DNA of 64,000 nt from Candidatus Kaiserbacteria bacterium (GCA_016182485.1 JACPGH010000006.1:26461-90460), one strand, 5' to 3'. Positions 45,382 through 53,822 are shown, counted from the first letter of the stretch. Translations and numbers: made by a program. The notes: a model not told the origin generated them from the sequence alone.

Positions 45382-47340
45382 TTACTGCCCGAGGACCCAG
45401 AGTGTGATCGGCGTGTCAGTGAAGCTGTGTCCACCGTGGGCGGTTACGGTCAGATTGCCGCTCGTCCAATCCACTGGAACGACGAAACTGGAATCGTCGA
45501 AACTGCCGGTAGCGCTCGCAGTAAAGCTTGCAACTGGAGTCGAGGTCGAGCGGTCTGTCGTAACAGTTATAGGATCATTCGGCAGGTATCCGTTGCCAAG
45601 GAAACGTATCGGGCTGCCGGCAGCCACCGTATAACTCCCAAGCTGGAAATCAGTGTACACAGTCGCCAGCGTGAGGCTCGCGGAGGCGGCAACTCCCGTG
45701 TCCGCGCCAGTCGCGGTTATCGAGAGAGGCCCCGCGGGCGCGAACGGAATCGCAGTCGGCGCTGCCAGCTTGCCGGAAGCATCGGCGGTAACCGTATCGA
45801 AGACCGAGCTCGCGGTAGAGAGCGCGACCGATTCATTATTGCCGAATCCCGCCCCGAAGACTGTCAGTGGAGTGCCGCCGAAGGCATAATAATTATCGAA
45901 CCATATAGCCGGATTGCGCACTCCGAGCGCTATCCCGATAGTCTGCGCCGCTGTGCTTTGCATTCCGTTGAACGCTACGCTCGCAATGCCGCTCGCAGAT
46001 AACGGGACCTTAACCGTCACGCCGGAAAAACCGCCGGTAGCATCGGTAGTAGTCGTGGCCGAGCCTGCACCGCTAACCGCGACAGTTTCGTTCGCGCCGA
46101 ATCCCGTTCCGGAAAAAGTCACGGAATTGCCCGGGTACGTGAACCACGCATCGGGTGTGACGTTCGGATAATACTGCCCGATAGTCATTGTGAAATTCGC
46201 TGCGGCTTCAGAAAGATTCCCCTGAGCACGCACGAGAACAGTTGAATTCGGCGTCGCGGGCAAGGCAAAGGACATCGGCGGGAAATTGCCGAACGAATCG
46301 CTCGTGGTAGAACCGACAGATACGTCGTTCATCCACAGAGTTATTGGCTCGTTCCCCGCAAAACCGCTGCCGTCTACAGAAATCTGACTCGTCGGCGCGG
46401 CGTAGTAGGCGGAGGGGTTGAGCGAGGGATAAAAGCCAGCGAGCGTGATAGGGAGCGTGACGGAGGCGCCAGACTCGTCGCCGACGAAACGGTACTCCGC
46501 CGCCGTCGTACCGAATGGCAGATTGTATGGCCCGGCGGAGACAGCACCGGCTTCGCTAGCCGCAACATGTGCGATAGCGTCGGTGCTTGCCCCGTTGGAA
46601 ATCTGATTTCCAACGGGGCTCGTCGCAAGATAGATACTCACGCCCTCCCCCGGCCCGAAGCCAGTGGCGGAGAAACTGACGGGCGTGCCGGGAGCTGCGT
46701 ACCAGGTAGTGGGGGTAACGAGCGGGAAGAGATCTGAAACGGTAATAGTGATAGGAAAAGACGTGCTGCTCCGACTCCCTTTTAGCGTAAAAGTCGCTGA
46801 AGAGTTGCGCAGAGAGAACGGCACGACCATAGCGCCCGCGCTCGTAAAAGCTCCTGAGCCATCGGAGGGGAACGACGCTATCGTCGCGCCCTGCGAATCC
46901 GTTACCGTAATGTTTTCATTCGGCGCGAACCCCGAGCCGGCCCACGAGAGCGTGGAGCCGGGAGCGATGTACCAGGTATTGGGCGCGACTATCGGGAAGA
47001 AGGACTGAACGAATATGCCGGTAAACGCAACAAGCCCGGAGGTCTGCCCCACCGCTACGATGTAATACTGAGCAGATGGCAATGCCGGGATCGCGAGAGG
47101 TACGCTAGAAAACGCGCCCGCACTGTCTGCCGTCGAGTTCGCGGAGGAAAGACCGAACGAAATGAGAACAGACTCTCCAGGCTGGAAGCCGCTGCCTGCG
47201 ATCGAAAGCGTAGAAAAAGGCGTCGTAGAACTTCCCGTGAATGATATCACTGGAGTCGCCGCCACTGCGATTCCCGCGAATGGAATAACCGAGAGCATAG
47301 ATCCGAGCGCGACACCCAATGCAGGCTTTATGAATCGCAT
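45382..47340 (-). CDS. Secreted tandem-repeat protein (about seven ~90-aa Gly/Ser/Thr-rich repeats), probable surface/adhesin-like
   Basis: Start at MRFIKPALGVALGSMLSVIPFAGIAVAA (signal peptide; ATG at 47338-47340). Repeats have the form (F/Y)P.(V/L).P..W(Y/F).APG....F.G.GF..(N/G)E.(I/V). The track ORF is 5'-extended. Confidence 0.55.
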   Translation of the reverse strand: MRFIKPALGVALGSMLSVIPFAGIAVAATPVISFTGSSTTPFSTLSIAGSGFQPGESVLISFGLSSANSTADSAGAFSSVPLAIPALPSAQYYIVAVGQTSGLVAFTGIFVQSFFPIVAPNTWYIAPGSTLSWAGSGFAPNENITVTDSQGATIASFPSDGSGAFTSAGAMVVPFSLRNSSATFTLKGSRSSTSFPITITVSDLFPLVTPTTWYAAPGTPVSFSATGFGPGEGVSIYLATSPVGNQISNGASTDAIAHVAASEAGAVSAGPYNLPFGTTAAEYRFVGDESGASVTLPITLAGFYPSLNPSAYYAAPTSQISVDGSGFAGNEPITLWMNDVSVGSTTSDSFGNFPPMSFALPATPNSTVLVRAQGNLSEAAANFTMTIGQYYPNVTPDAWFTYPGNSVTFSGTGFGANETVAVSGAGSATTTTDATGGFSGVTVKVPLSASGIASVAFNGMQSTAAQTIGIALGVRNPAIWFDNYYAFGGTPLTVFGAGFGNNESVALSTASSVFDTVTADASGKLAAPTAIPFAPAGPLSITATGADTGVAASASLTLATVYTDFQLGSYTVAAGSPIRFLGNGYLPNDPITVTTDRSTSTPVASFTASATGSFDDSSFVVPVDWTSGNLTVTAHGGHSFTDTPITLWVLGQ

Positions 47341-47618
47341 GGCAGTAACGTTTATGAATAGTGGTCTATATATACAATGAAGCGGTTTAACTTCGTATGA
47401 AAAATGAAAGCTCCCCGCCAGCGAAGACGGGGAGCGAGAGGAGCGACGGCAGGAAGGAGGTGAACCTGCCGCCGCTCCAAGATGCGGACATAGCCGGTCC
47501 GCAACGGCCGCCGGAACTTCAAATCCCTCCGGCGCGGAAAGGACAGGAAGTACTTTCGTTCGCACATCTTTTAATAGCATACACCTGATGCCTATCCTGT
47601 CAAGCCCTGGGAGTGAGG

Positions 47619-47849
47619 CTATTTTTGCATCAACTCTGCCAGTTCCGCGCGGTATTTTTTCATTACCTCTAGGGCAGCCTTGGTCTCGCTCTCCCCGCCC
47701 TTCTTACGGCGCTCTATTTCTTCGCCTATTTTCTTGAATAGCTGGGGGTCCTTGGAGACCAGTTCGGTCATCTGCTCGCGCTGGGCCTCCGGCATGCCCT
47801 TCAGCTTCCACTTCGCGTACTGCTTAATTAAAAAGCTTTGTATAGACAT
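47619..47849 (-). CDS. Hypothetical small helical protein
   Basis: 76 aa, charged and helical. No motif recognised. Confidence 0.35.
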   Translation of the reverse strand: MSIQSFLIKQYAKWKLKGMPEAQREQMTELVSKDPQLFKKIGEEIERRKKGGESETKAALEVMKKYRAELAELMQK

Positions 47850-47981
47850 GGTTCTATTTTCTATATTCTATCCCATATCCCATTTATGCGATACTCACAG
47901 CCCCGCCAGCCCTAGAGACAAACGGCCTATCCTATGCTATATACTGAGGCGGTGAATTAGCATTATGAAATAACACCAAAT

Positions 47982-48236
47982 ATGGCAAGACAATTAAATC
48001 CAGCCCTCTCAAAACCGCTAACCCTCTCGCCCGAATTAGAGGCGGTGGTAGGCGCAGGCCCTATGCCGCGCTCCGAGGTCGTGAAAAAATTGTGGGAGTA
48101 CATCAAGCAGCACAACCTCCAGAACCCTCAAAATAAGAGGAACATCCTCGCCGACGACAAATTGAAAGCCATATTTGGCAAGGGAGAAGTGACGATGTTC
48201 GAGATGACGAAGCTCGTCTCGGGCCACATGAAATAA
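47982..48236 (+). CDS. SWIB/MDM2-domain protein
   Basis: RSEVVKKLWEYIKQHNLQNPQNKRNILADDKLKAIFG...MFEMTKLVSGHM is the SWIB consensus. Confidence 0.75.
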   Translation: MARQLNPALSKPLTLSPELEAVVGAGPMPRSEVVKKLWEYIKQHNLQNPQNKRNILADDKLKAIFGKGEVTMFEMTKLVSGHMK

Positions 48237-48239
48237 AAC

Positions 48240-48298
48240 AGGCCTTAGGCTCTAGGCTCTAGCAAAGGCAAACCGCCTCTGAGGCGGTTTGCGTTTTA
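48240..48298. terminator. TAGGCTC heptamer repeats followed by terminator hairpin GCAAACCGCCTC-tga-GGCGGTTTGC plus a T-run
   Basis: aggccTTAGGCTCTAGGCTCTAGCaaaggcaaaccgcctctgaggcggtttgcgttttata. Confidence 0.65.
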
Positions 48299-48766
48299 TA
48301 GCGGCAGAGGCAAACCCCGCTTCCAACTGAATGACTTGAGTACCCGCGGCATTGGGCCCGGCCCGCGTCCGATTAGCAGGATATTGGCGCGCGCCGGGTC
48401 GAGCCGTTCGATGAGCCGGCGCACGAGCAGCCTCGCGGCGCGGGTGTTATCGCGCGAATAGTTGCAGAGTTGCGCCTCGCCGTTGATATGCATCTCTTTA
48501 GGCCAGGTCTCGGCGCGGGCGAAATTGATCACCGAGAGCCGGTTATGGGATTCTTCAAGCGAGTGGAACGACGTCGCCGGCCCGGCCTCCTTCGACTCCC
48601 ACACATCGAGCACCCCCGTGCGCCGGTGCATGTTGACCTCGGCGATTATCTTACTCACTTCTTTATGGAGCAGTTTCGGCGATAGCGCGATGCGTGCGTT
48701 ACTACGCTTGTCCAAATACAAGTCATAGACGATAAGCGTACTTCCACATTCCTTCTTGCTTTTCAT
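48296..48766 (-). CDS. Hypothetical protein
   Basis: 156 aa. No recognised motif. Confidence 0.35.
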   Translation of the reverse strand: MKSKKECGSTLIVYDLYLDKRSNARIALSPKLLHKEVSKIIAEVNMHRRTGVLDVWESKEAGPATSFHSLEESHNRLSVINFARAETWPKEMHINGEAQLCNYSRDNTRAARLLVRRLIERLDPARANILLIGRGPGPMPRVLKSFSWKRGLPLPL

Positions 48767-48872
48767 CTGATTTATCTTTAGAGAAATTTGCCTTTAACTT
48801 TTATGCACAATAGCAAACTCTCGCAGAATTTTCAGTGCCGAAACGAAAAAGTGTGTATAAATTCCAAACTGG

Positions 48873-49379
48873 CTATTCGATACAGACTTGAATACCGGCA
48901 TCCGCTGCGCCAAGTATTTCCAATAAATCTACTTTCGAGAGCGCAACGCAGCCGGCCGTCGGCGTATATGCCTCCCGCGCTACGTGCATGAATATCGCAC
49001 TTCCCTTTCCTGCCACGGGAGGATCGTTGTATCCGAGAACGACTATTAAGTCATAGAGATCATCTTGTCTCCACAATTCCTCATGCGAGCCGCTATATGG
49101 AAGCTTAACGAGTGTATTGTACTCAGGCAGCGCCACATCATCGCTCCAGCCGTCATCAGGAGAAAGAGGCCGCGTCGGTAACACCGTATGTGGCGGCTTC
49201 TCGAACTTGTCGGGCCGGTAGAGAACTTCTCGGATCGCAAAGCAACCCTGCGGCGTCGCACCATCGCCTTCCCTCTTATCTGTCCGTACGCCGCCTTTTC
49301 CTAACGCGCATCGATACTCTTTCCCGTTGAAAAGAAGTTTGCCTTCTGCGCGCACCAGAATGTCGCTATTTCCCGGCAT
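48873..49379 (-). CDS. L,D-transpeptidase (YkuD-fold) domain protein
   Basis: The catalytic motif is H...SAIFMHVAR...TAGCVAL. Start at MPGNSDILV (ATG at 49377-49379). The track ORF is extended into the tRNA. Confidence 0.65.
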   Translation of the reverse strand: MPGNSDILVRAEGKLLFNGKEYRCALGKGGVRTDKREGDGATPQGCFAIREVLYRPDKFEKPPHTVLPTRPLSPDDGWSDDVALPEYNTLVKLPYSGSHEELWRQDDLYDLIVVLGYNDPPVAGKGSAIFMHVAREAYTPTAGCVALSKVDLLEILGAADAGIQVCIE

Positions 49380-49383
49380 TGTT

Positions 49384-49456
49384 GTGGACCCTAGGGGGAT
49401 CGAACCCCTCACCTCATCCATGCCATGGATGCGCTCTACCAAATGAGCTAAGGGCC
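49384..49456 (-). tRNA. tRNA-Ala (anticodon GGC)
   Basis: GGGCCCTTAGCTCATTTGGTAGAGCGCATCCATGGCATGGATGAGGTGAGGGGTTCGATCCCCCTAGGGTCCA. It has the G3:U70 pair and the loop AUGGCAU. Confidence 0.8.
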
Positions 49457-49457
49457 C

Positions 49458-49530
49458 GTCGGGCCGCTGGGAATCGAACCCAGTCTACACGCACCCGCGA
49501 AGCGTGTGTACTACCGGCATACTCCGGCCC
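49458..49530 (-). tRNA. tRNA-Pro-like gene with 9-nt anticodon loop (UUCGCGGGU); body identical to tRNA-Pro(GGG)
   Basis: CGGGCCGGAGTATGCCGGTAGTACACACGCTTCGCGGGTGCGTGTAGACTGGGTTCGATTCCCAGCGGCCCGA. It has C1:G72, A73, and a perfect 5-6 bp anticodon stem (A)CACGC/GCGTG(T). It lies 1 nt from each neighbouring tRNA. Confidence 0.55.
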
Positions 49531-49531
49531 G

Positions 49532-49605
49532 GTGGGCGGTACAGGATTCGGACCTGTGACCTTACGCGTGTGAAGCGTACGCTCTAACCAACTGAGCTAA
49601 CCGCC
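49532..49605 (-). tRNA. tRNA-Val (anticodon CAC)
   Basis: GGGCGGTTAGCTCAGTTGGTTAGAGCGTACGCTTCACACGCGTAAGGTCACAGGTTCGAATCCTGTACCGCCCA. Confidence 0.8.
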
Positions 49606-49665
49606 CTCTACGCTCCGCCAGTTGAAGAGCGTATTCAAACTGTACCAAATTTTATTGTATCCCGC

Positions 49666-49736
49666 TCGGGCCGCCGGGAATCGAACCCGGTCTACATCCA
49701 CCCCATGGACGCGTACTACCGGCATACTCCGGCCCG
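49666..49736 (-). tRNA. tRNA-Pro (anticodon GGG)
   Basis: CGGGCCGGAGTATGCCGGTAGTACGCGTCCATGGGGTGGATGTAGACCGGGTTCGATTCCCGGCGGCCCGA. It has the C1:G72 Pro identity pair, loop AUGGGGU, and G37. Confidence 0.75.
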
Positions 49737-49847
49737 CCTTCGCCTCGCCATAGCTCGGCTTCGGCGGGCAAAGCCCGTTTTTCTGCCGAGCGTCGGCGGG
49801 TTATGTTCACTATACACGAATCGTGTTAGAATCGCCTCGTATAAAAA

Positions 49848-49920
49848 GGGCCATTAGCTCAGTTGGTAGAGCGCGTCATTCGCATTGACGAGGTCAGCGG
49901 TTCGAATCCGCTATGGTCCA
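49848..49920 (+). tRNA. tRNA-Ala (anticodon CGC)
   Basis: GGGCCATTAGCTCAGTTGGTAGAGCGCGTCATTCGCATTGACGAGGTCAGCGGTTCGAATCCGCTATGGTCCA. G3:U70 is present. Confidence 0.8.
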
Positions 49921-49950
49921 CTCGCGAATTTCGGGTGGTATCATTAATTC

Positions 49951-50541
49951 ATGAAAACCGAAAACAAGGTTCTGATGCGGCAAGCGCGGGAAATGCTGCG
50001 AGGAAAATGGGGCCACGCGATCGGCGCATATCTTATTTATCTGGTCATCGCCCTCCTCATAGGGAGCACTCCGCTAATTGGCCCCGTTGCCTCGCTCATA
50101 CTCTCCGGTCCGCTTATGCTCGGTATGGTTGCCTTCTTCCTCTCGTTCTCCCGCGGGCAAGACACGCGGTTTGCCGATCTTTTCAAAGGTTTTGAACACT
50201 TCGGTAGGGCGATGGGGACGTATCTTTGGATGACCCTCTTCATCGTGCTGTGGACGCTGTTGCTTATCGTGCCCGGGATCATCGCGGCCATCGCATATTC
50301 TCAGACGTTTTTTCTAATGGCCGATGACGCGGCCATTGCCCACCGCCCGGCATTAAAAAAGAGCCGAGAGATGATGTACGGCTACAAATGGAAATATTTT
50401 TGCCTGCAGTTGCGCTTCCTCGGCTGGGCCCTGCTCTCCATCCTCACGCTCGGCATAGGATTCCTATGGCTCCTCCCCTATATGCAAGTCAGCTTCTCGA
50501 AATTCTACGACGACTTAAAAGGCGCTTCGGCTCCGGCATAG
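49951..50541 (+). CDS. DUF975-family membrane protein
   Basis: 196 aa with four TM helices and the characteristic N-terminal LRGKWG region. Confidence 0.6.
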   Translation: MKTENKVLMRQAREMLRGKWGHAIGAYLIYLVIALLIGSTPLIGPVASLILSGPLMLGMVAFFLSFSRGQDTRFADLFKGFEHFGRAMGTYLWMTLFIVLWTLLLIVPGIIAAIAYSQTFFLMADDAAIAHRPALKKSREMMYGYKWKYFCLQLRFLGWALLSILTLGIGFLWLLPYMQVSFSKFYDDLKGASAPA

Positions 50542-50542
50542 A

Positions 50543-52693
50543 TCAAGGGACGAAAATCTGGAATGATTTCTGCGAGATTGTATTGCCGCTATTGTCTTTA
50601 GCGACGAAATTGAGCGTATATGGCCCTCCGCCGTTCCACTTCCAATTCGAAACATCCACAAGCGCTTCTTTGTGCGGATAATCAGTCAAGCTCGTCTCCA
50701 TTGAAACAAGAGGGCCGCCATCCACTTGCCAGAACATTTGGTACTGCGAGACGTCGGTATTCTGCAAAAGGACTTTGAACGGGACTACTCCAGAAATGTG
50801 CGCATTTCCCGTAGGCCACCATACATCGATGGTTCCGGTAGTCGGCGCAGGCGAGGGACTGGGAGCAGGAGACGGTGCGGGTGCGGGAGCAGGTGCCGGA
50901 GGCGGAGACGCCGGCACAGGACTTGGACTTGGGGAAGGCGCTCCGCCCCCGGAGAGGAAGTTGGCGACGAGCGTTCCCGAGGGACAATTCTGCCCTACCC
51001 GATGCCCCGAATCCGTGTCGTTCGGGTCGGTCGTGTGATGAGACGGATCGTTGTCGATATTGCCATTGCAATCAATGAAATTGCCGTTTATCGTCGGATA
51101 CCCGTTCACCATGACTATCGTTTGAGAAGGAGCGGGGGCGGGCGGGTTTTGAGGCGGCGGAGATGGCGGATTCGTCGGCGGTGGGGGTATTGTCGGCGGT
51201 GGAGGTGTTGTCGGCGGCGGCGGGAGCGTGCTGACAGATCCCGCCGAAATCGTCGCCACCGATTCATTCCAATAGTAATTCTGCGTCCAATTGCCGTTGA
51301 ATATTCCAGCTTTGAGCGCGTATGTTCCTGCGCTCCCAGGCGTCCACGTGGCCGAAAATTGCTTTGTTTCTCCTCCGGAGAAATTCTGATTCTCCACGAA
51401 ATGCTGGAATACCCGAGTGCCGCCGTTGTACACCTCTAAATTAACGATCGCCCCGGTGACCGCGCTGCCCGCATTTCGTACCGAGAGGGATAGCGTTGTA
51501 CTTTGCCCGGCATTCGGAGCGGCAGGATTCGCTGACCCGGTCGTAGAAAATGCGATCGGTCCGGATGGCAGCGGAGGATTGGTTGTGGGCGGCGCAGAGG
51601 GAGGCGACGCAGGGGGCGGAGGCGGGGCTCCGCCAGTTGGCGGAGCCCCGCCTCCGCCCCAGAACTGCCTGATAGTCTCTTGCGCGGGCTTATTCTGCGG
51701 CGTGTAGTCGGTATTGCCTGCGCCGCCGTAACCAGGATTAGCGCTCCACCACCATATCTCTATCCCTGTCATATATCCCTGCGCATCCCAGAATTGATGC
51801 AGGGCGGTATAGTCTCTCACCTGTTCTTCGGCGTCGTAGGGCCCGCTTAAGGTATAATCCCACGGCAACGCGCGCGCACCCGTGACACTGCGATATCCGA
51901 TTTCGGTAAATAAAACCGGCTTGCCGAATTGCTGAAGCTGGCTGATATGCGACCGATTATACGCCTCCCAGCTTCCCAAGAGCTGCGGGACGGAGCCGTC
52001 GCCACGCAGTTCGAAATAGGCCGAGATACCGACATAATCCATCCGGTCCCAGAAGCCGATATGTAAAGCTTCAGCGCACCACTGACAAGTTTGGGGGCGG
52101 TTCGCGCTATACGTAAGCGGCCCGGTATAAACTCCCCGCACCCGATCGATCATGCCGTTCCACCGCGCGGTATTGTCTGGGTTCGCGACGCTCGAGGTCA
52201 TGTCGATTAGCTCCGCCCCGAGCTGGTACAGCTCCACACCGTTCTGCTGCGCGAGCCTGCCATAGTGCACCAGCACGTCCCCGTACCGTGCGTACCATGT
52301 GTTACGGTCTCCCGGGTTGATGTGCGCCCGCCATTGCCCTGTATGCACTTCGAGATAGATCGATATCTGCGCTTTCATGCCGAGCGAATGCGCAAATTGT
52401 ATGCCTGATACGAGCGATTCATCGGTAGGCGTATTCCAGCCGCGACCTATATCAGTAGCGCCCCAGTGAGACTGGTAGTATGGCACAACAAAATTTACAT
52501 AATTGCCGCCTATCGCCTGGAAATTTCGGACCGATTGCTGAAAATTTGCGGAACTGAAGTCCGTAGCGGACTGTGGGACAATGGTCGCCGCCTTGATCCA
52601 AGAGCCTATCGCCGCTTCCGCTTTCGGAACTTCGAGCGGCACCTGAAAAAAGAGGATGCCAAGAACGAGTACTGTCGTTACAAGCTTTTTCAT
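50543..52693 (-). CDS. Secreted multi-domain glycoside hydrolase (clan GH-A TIM barrel) with Pro-rich linkers, a beta-sandwich domain and the C-terminal ~95-aa CBM-like domain shared with the GH6
   Basis: Signal peptide. LGAELID (putative acid/base) and LFTEIGY (putative nucleophile, the TEIG clan GH-A pattern). Linkers include PPTGGAPPPPPASPPSAPPTTNPP, PPPPTTPPPPTIPPPPTNPPSPPPQNPPAPAPS and PSPSPVPASPPPAPAPAPAPSPAPSPSPAP. The C-terminal domain is IDVWWPTGNAHISG...FWQVDGG...DYPHKE. Confidence 0.65.
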   Translation of the reverse strand: MKKLVTTVLVLGILFFQVPLEVPKAEAAIGSWIKAATIVPQSATDFSSANFQQSVRNFQAIGGNYVNFVVPYYQSHWGATDIGRGWNTPTDESLVSGIQFAHSLGMKAQISIYLEVHTGQWRAHINPGDRNTWYARYGDVLVHYGRLAQQNGVELYQLGAELIDMTSSVANPDNTARWNGMIDRVRGVYTGPLTYSANRPQTCQWCAEALHIGFWDRMDYVGISAYFELRGDGSVPQLLGSWEAYNRSHISQLQQFGKPVLFTEIGYRSVTGARALPWDYTLSGPYDAEEQVRDYTALHQFWDAQGYMTGIEIWWWSANPGYGGAGNTDYTPQNKPAQETIRQFWGGGGAPPTGGAPPPPPASPPSAPPTTNPPLPSGPIAFSTTGSANPAAPNAGQSTTLSLSVRNAGSAVTGAIVNLEVYNGGTRVFQHFVENQNFSGGETKQFSATWTPGSAGTYALKAGIFNGNWTQNYYWNESVATISAGSVSTLPPPPTTPPPPTIPPPPTNPPSPPPQNPPAPAPSQTIVMVNGYPTINGNFIDCNGNIDNDPSHHTTDPNDTDSGHRVGQNCPSGTLVANFLSGGGAPSPSPSPVPASPPPAPAPAPAPSPAPSPSPAPTTGTIDVWWPTGNAHISGVVPFKVLLQNTDVSQYQMFWQVDGGPLVSMETSLTDYPHKEALVDVSNWKWNGGGPYTLNFVAKDNSGNTISQKSFQIFVP

Positions 52694-52748
52694 GTTGACT
52701 TAACGACAAAAGTATCTCATAAACCCGCTGAAGCGGCCGTGAAGCGCC

Positions 52749-52824
52749 CCGCCTCTGCCTGTGAAGGTCAGACCTTCACAGGCAGAGGCGCAAGGAATCA
52801 GTATGTGAAGGTCTGACCTTCACA
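52749..52824. repeat. 41-nt perfect palindrome plus a second 21-nt palindrome copy (TGTGAAGGTC-a/t-GACCTTCACA) in the protease|GH intergenic region
   Basis: CGCCTCTGCCTGTGAAGGTCaGACCTTCACAGGCAGAGGCG ... TGTGAAGGTCtGACCTTCACA. Confidence 0.7.
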
Positions 52825-52828
52825 GGGT

Positions 52829-53764
52829 TTATAGGCCCAGCTCGGCGAGCGCCGTTTTTACCTTATTGATAGGCAAGGCGAAGCTGATATTCTCTCCTCC
52901 CTGAACTACCGCTACATTCACGCCGATGGCTTCCCCAATATATGTAACGAGCGGACCGCCTGAATTGCCTGGATTGATCGCGGTATCGGTCTGGATGACA
53001 TTCGACAGCGTCTCGGGATTCCCCTGCTGATCGGTCGCCGTAATGTTCCGATTCAGTCCTGAAATGATTCCTGTTGATACCGTATTGTTATAACGACCGA
53101 GCGCGTTCCCCACGGCAAAGACGGACTGGCCGAGTTTCAGGCCCGCCGAATTGCCGAGCGGCACGGTGGCGTAGCCGCTCCCCGCGATCTTTATGACTGC
53201 CAGATCCTCGCCCGGAGAGCGCCACACGACCGTGCCGAGCTTCTGCTTCCCATTTGAAAGCAAGACAGTGTACGTCGCGTCCCGATTGGCAACGACATGC
53301 TTATTCGTAATGATGTATCCATTCGACCGTACCAAGAAGCCGGTCCCCGCGGAGACTTGTCGCGTCGTCGTCCCGACTTGCCGATACACCGGCACCTGTA
53401 GGCCGAATCCCTGAAAGAAAGGGTCATTGCCGAACGGATTCACGTACGTCACTTCGAGCTGAGGTACTACTTGCGTCTCGACTATCGAAACGACCGCGGG
53501 GGTAACTTTCGCAACGGCGCTCTCAAGCGTCTGCGCGGCCGGCTTGGGGACGGGTTGCGAAATGACTGGAGAGTTCCCGGAGTTGACTGCGGCCGGACTC
53601 GAGGTGGCCTGCGCGCCGGCCGTGAGCCGGTCAACCGAAACTTGGAGCGCCGCCACGGATTGCGAAAGCCGGCCCACTTCGCGATACTCGTACATAAGCC
53701 CGCTCGCGAGCAGAAGGATCGCGAGCATAGCCACTATACTGCCGGTGATTTCGATATTTCTCAT
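52829..53764 (-). CDS. Trypsin-like serine protease (S1C, HtrA/DegP-like) without an obvious PDZ domain
   Basis: N-terminal TM anchor. The catalytic residues lie in H (TNKHVV), D (...GEDLAVIKI), and S (NPGNSGGPLV). Confidence 0.75.
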   Translation of the reverse strand: MRNIEITGSIVAMLAILLLASGLMYEYREVGRLSQSVAALQVSVDRLTAGAQATSSPAAVNSGNSPVISQPVPKPAAQTLESAVAKVTPAVVSIVETQVVPQLEVTYVNPFGNDPFFQGFGLQVPVYRQVGTTTRQVSAGTGFLVRSNGYIITNKHVVANRDATYTVLLSNGKQKLGTVVWRSPGEDLAVIKIAGSGYATVPLGNSAGLKLGQSVFAVGNALGRYNNTVSTGIISGLNRNITATDQQGNPETLSNVIQTDTAINPGNSGGPLVTYIGEAIGVNVAVVQGGENISFALPINKVKTALAELGL

Positions 53765-53822
53765 AGACCTATGCTAGAAGCATAGTATAAACCTTCCATG
53801 AACCGGGCGGTATTGCCGGACT

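Noticed and set aside
49458-49530. Alternative fold of the odd tRNA with a 7-nt loop and anticodon CGC (tRNA-Ala)
   Set aside because: That fold needs an A-C mismatch in the anticodon stem and lacks the G3:U70 Ala identity pair. The body is the tRNA-Pro body, so the 9-nt-loop Pro-like reading is preferred, though not certain.
49863-50195. 110-aa ORF beginning inside tRNA-Ala(CGC) and overlapping the DUF975 gene
   Set aside because: It starts within a tRNA gene and has an Arg/Ser-rich random composition. The DUF975 frame is the real gene.
50726-51439. 237-aa Arg-rich plus-strand ORF and several 60-130-aa ORFs opposite the Pro-rich linkers of the glycoside hydrolase
   Set aside because: An artefact of CCN/GGN repeats coding PPPP on the other strand.
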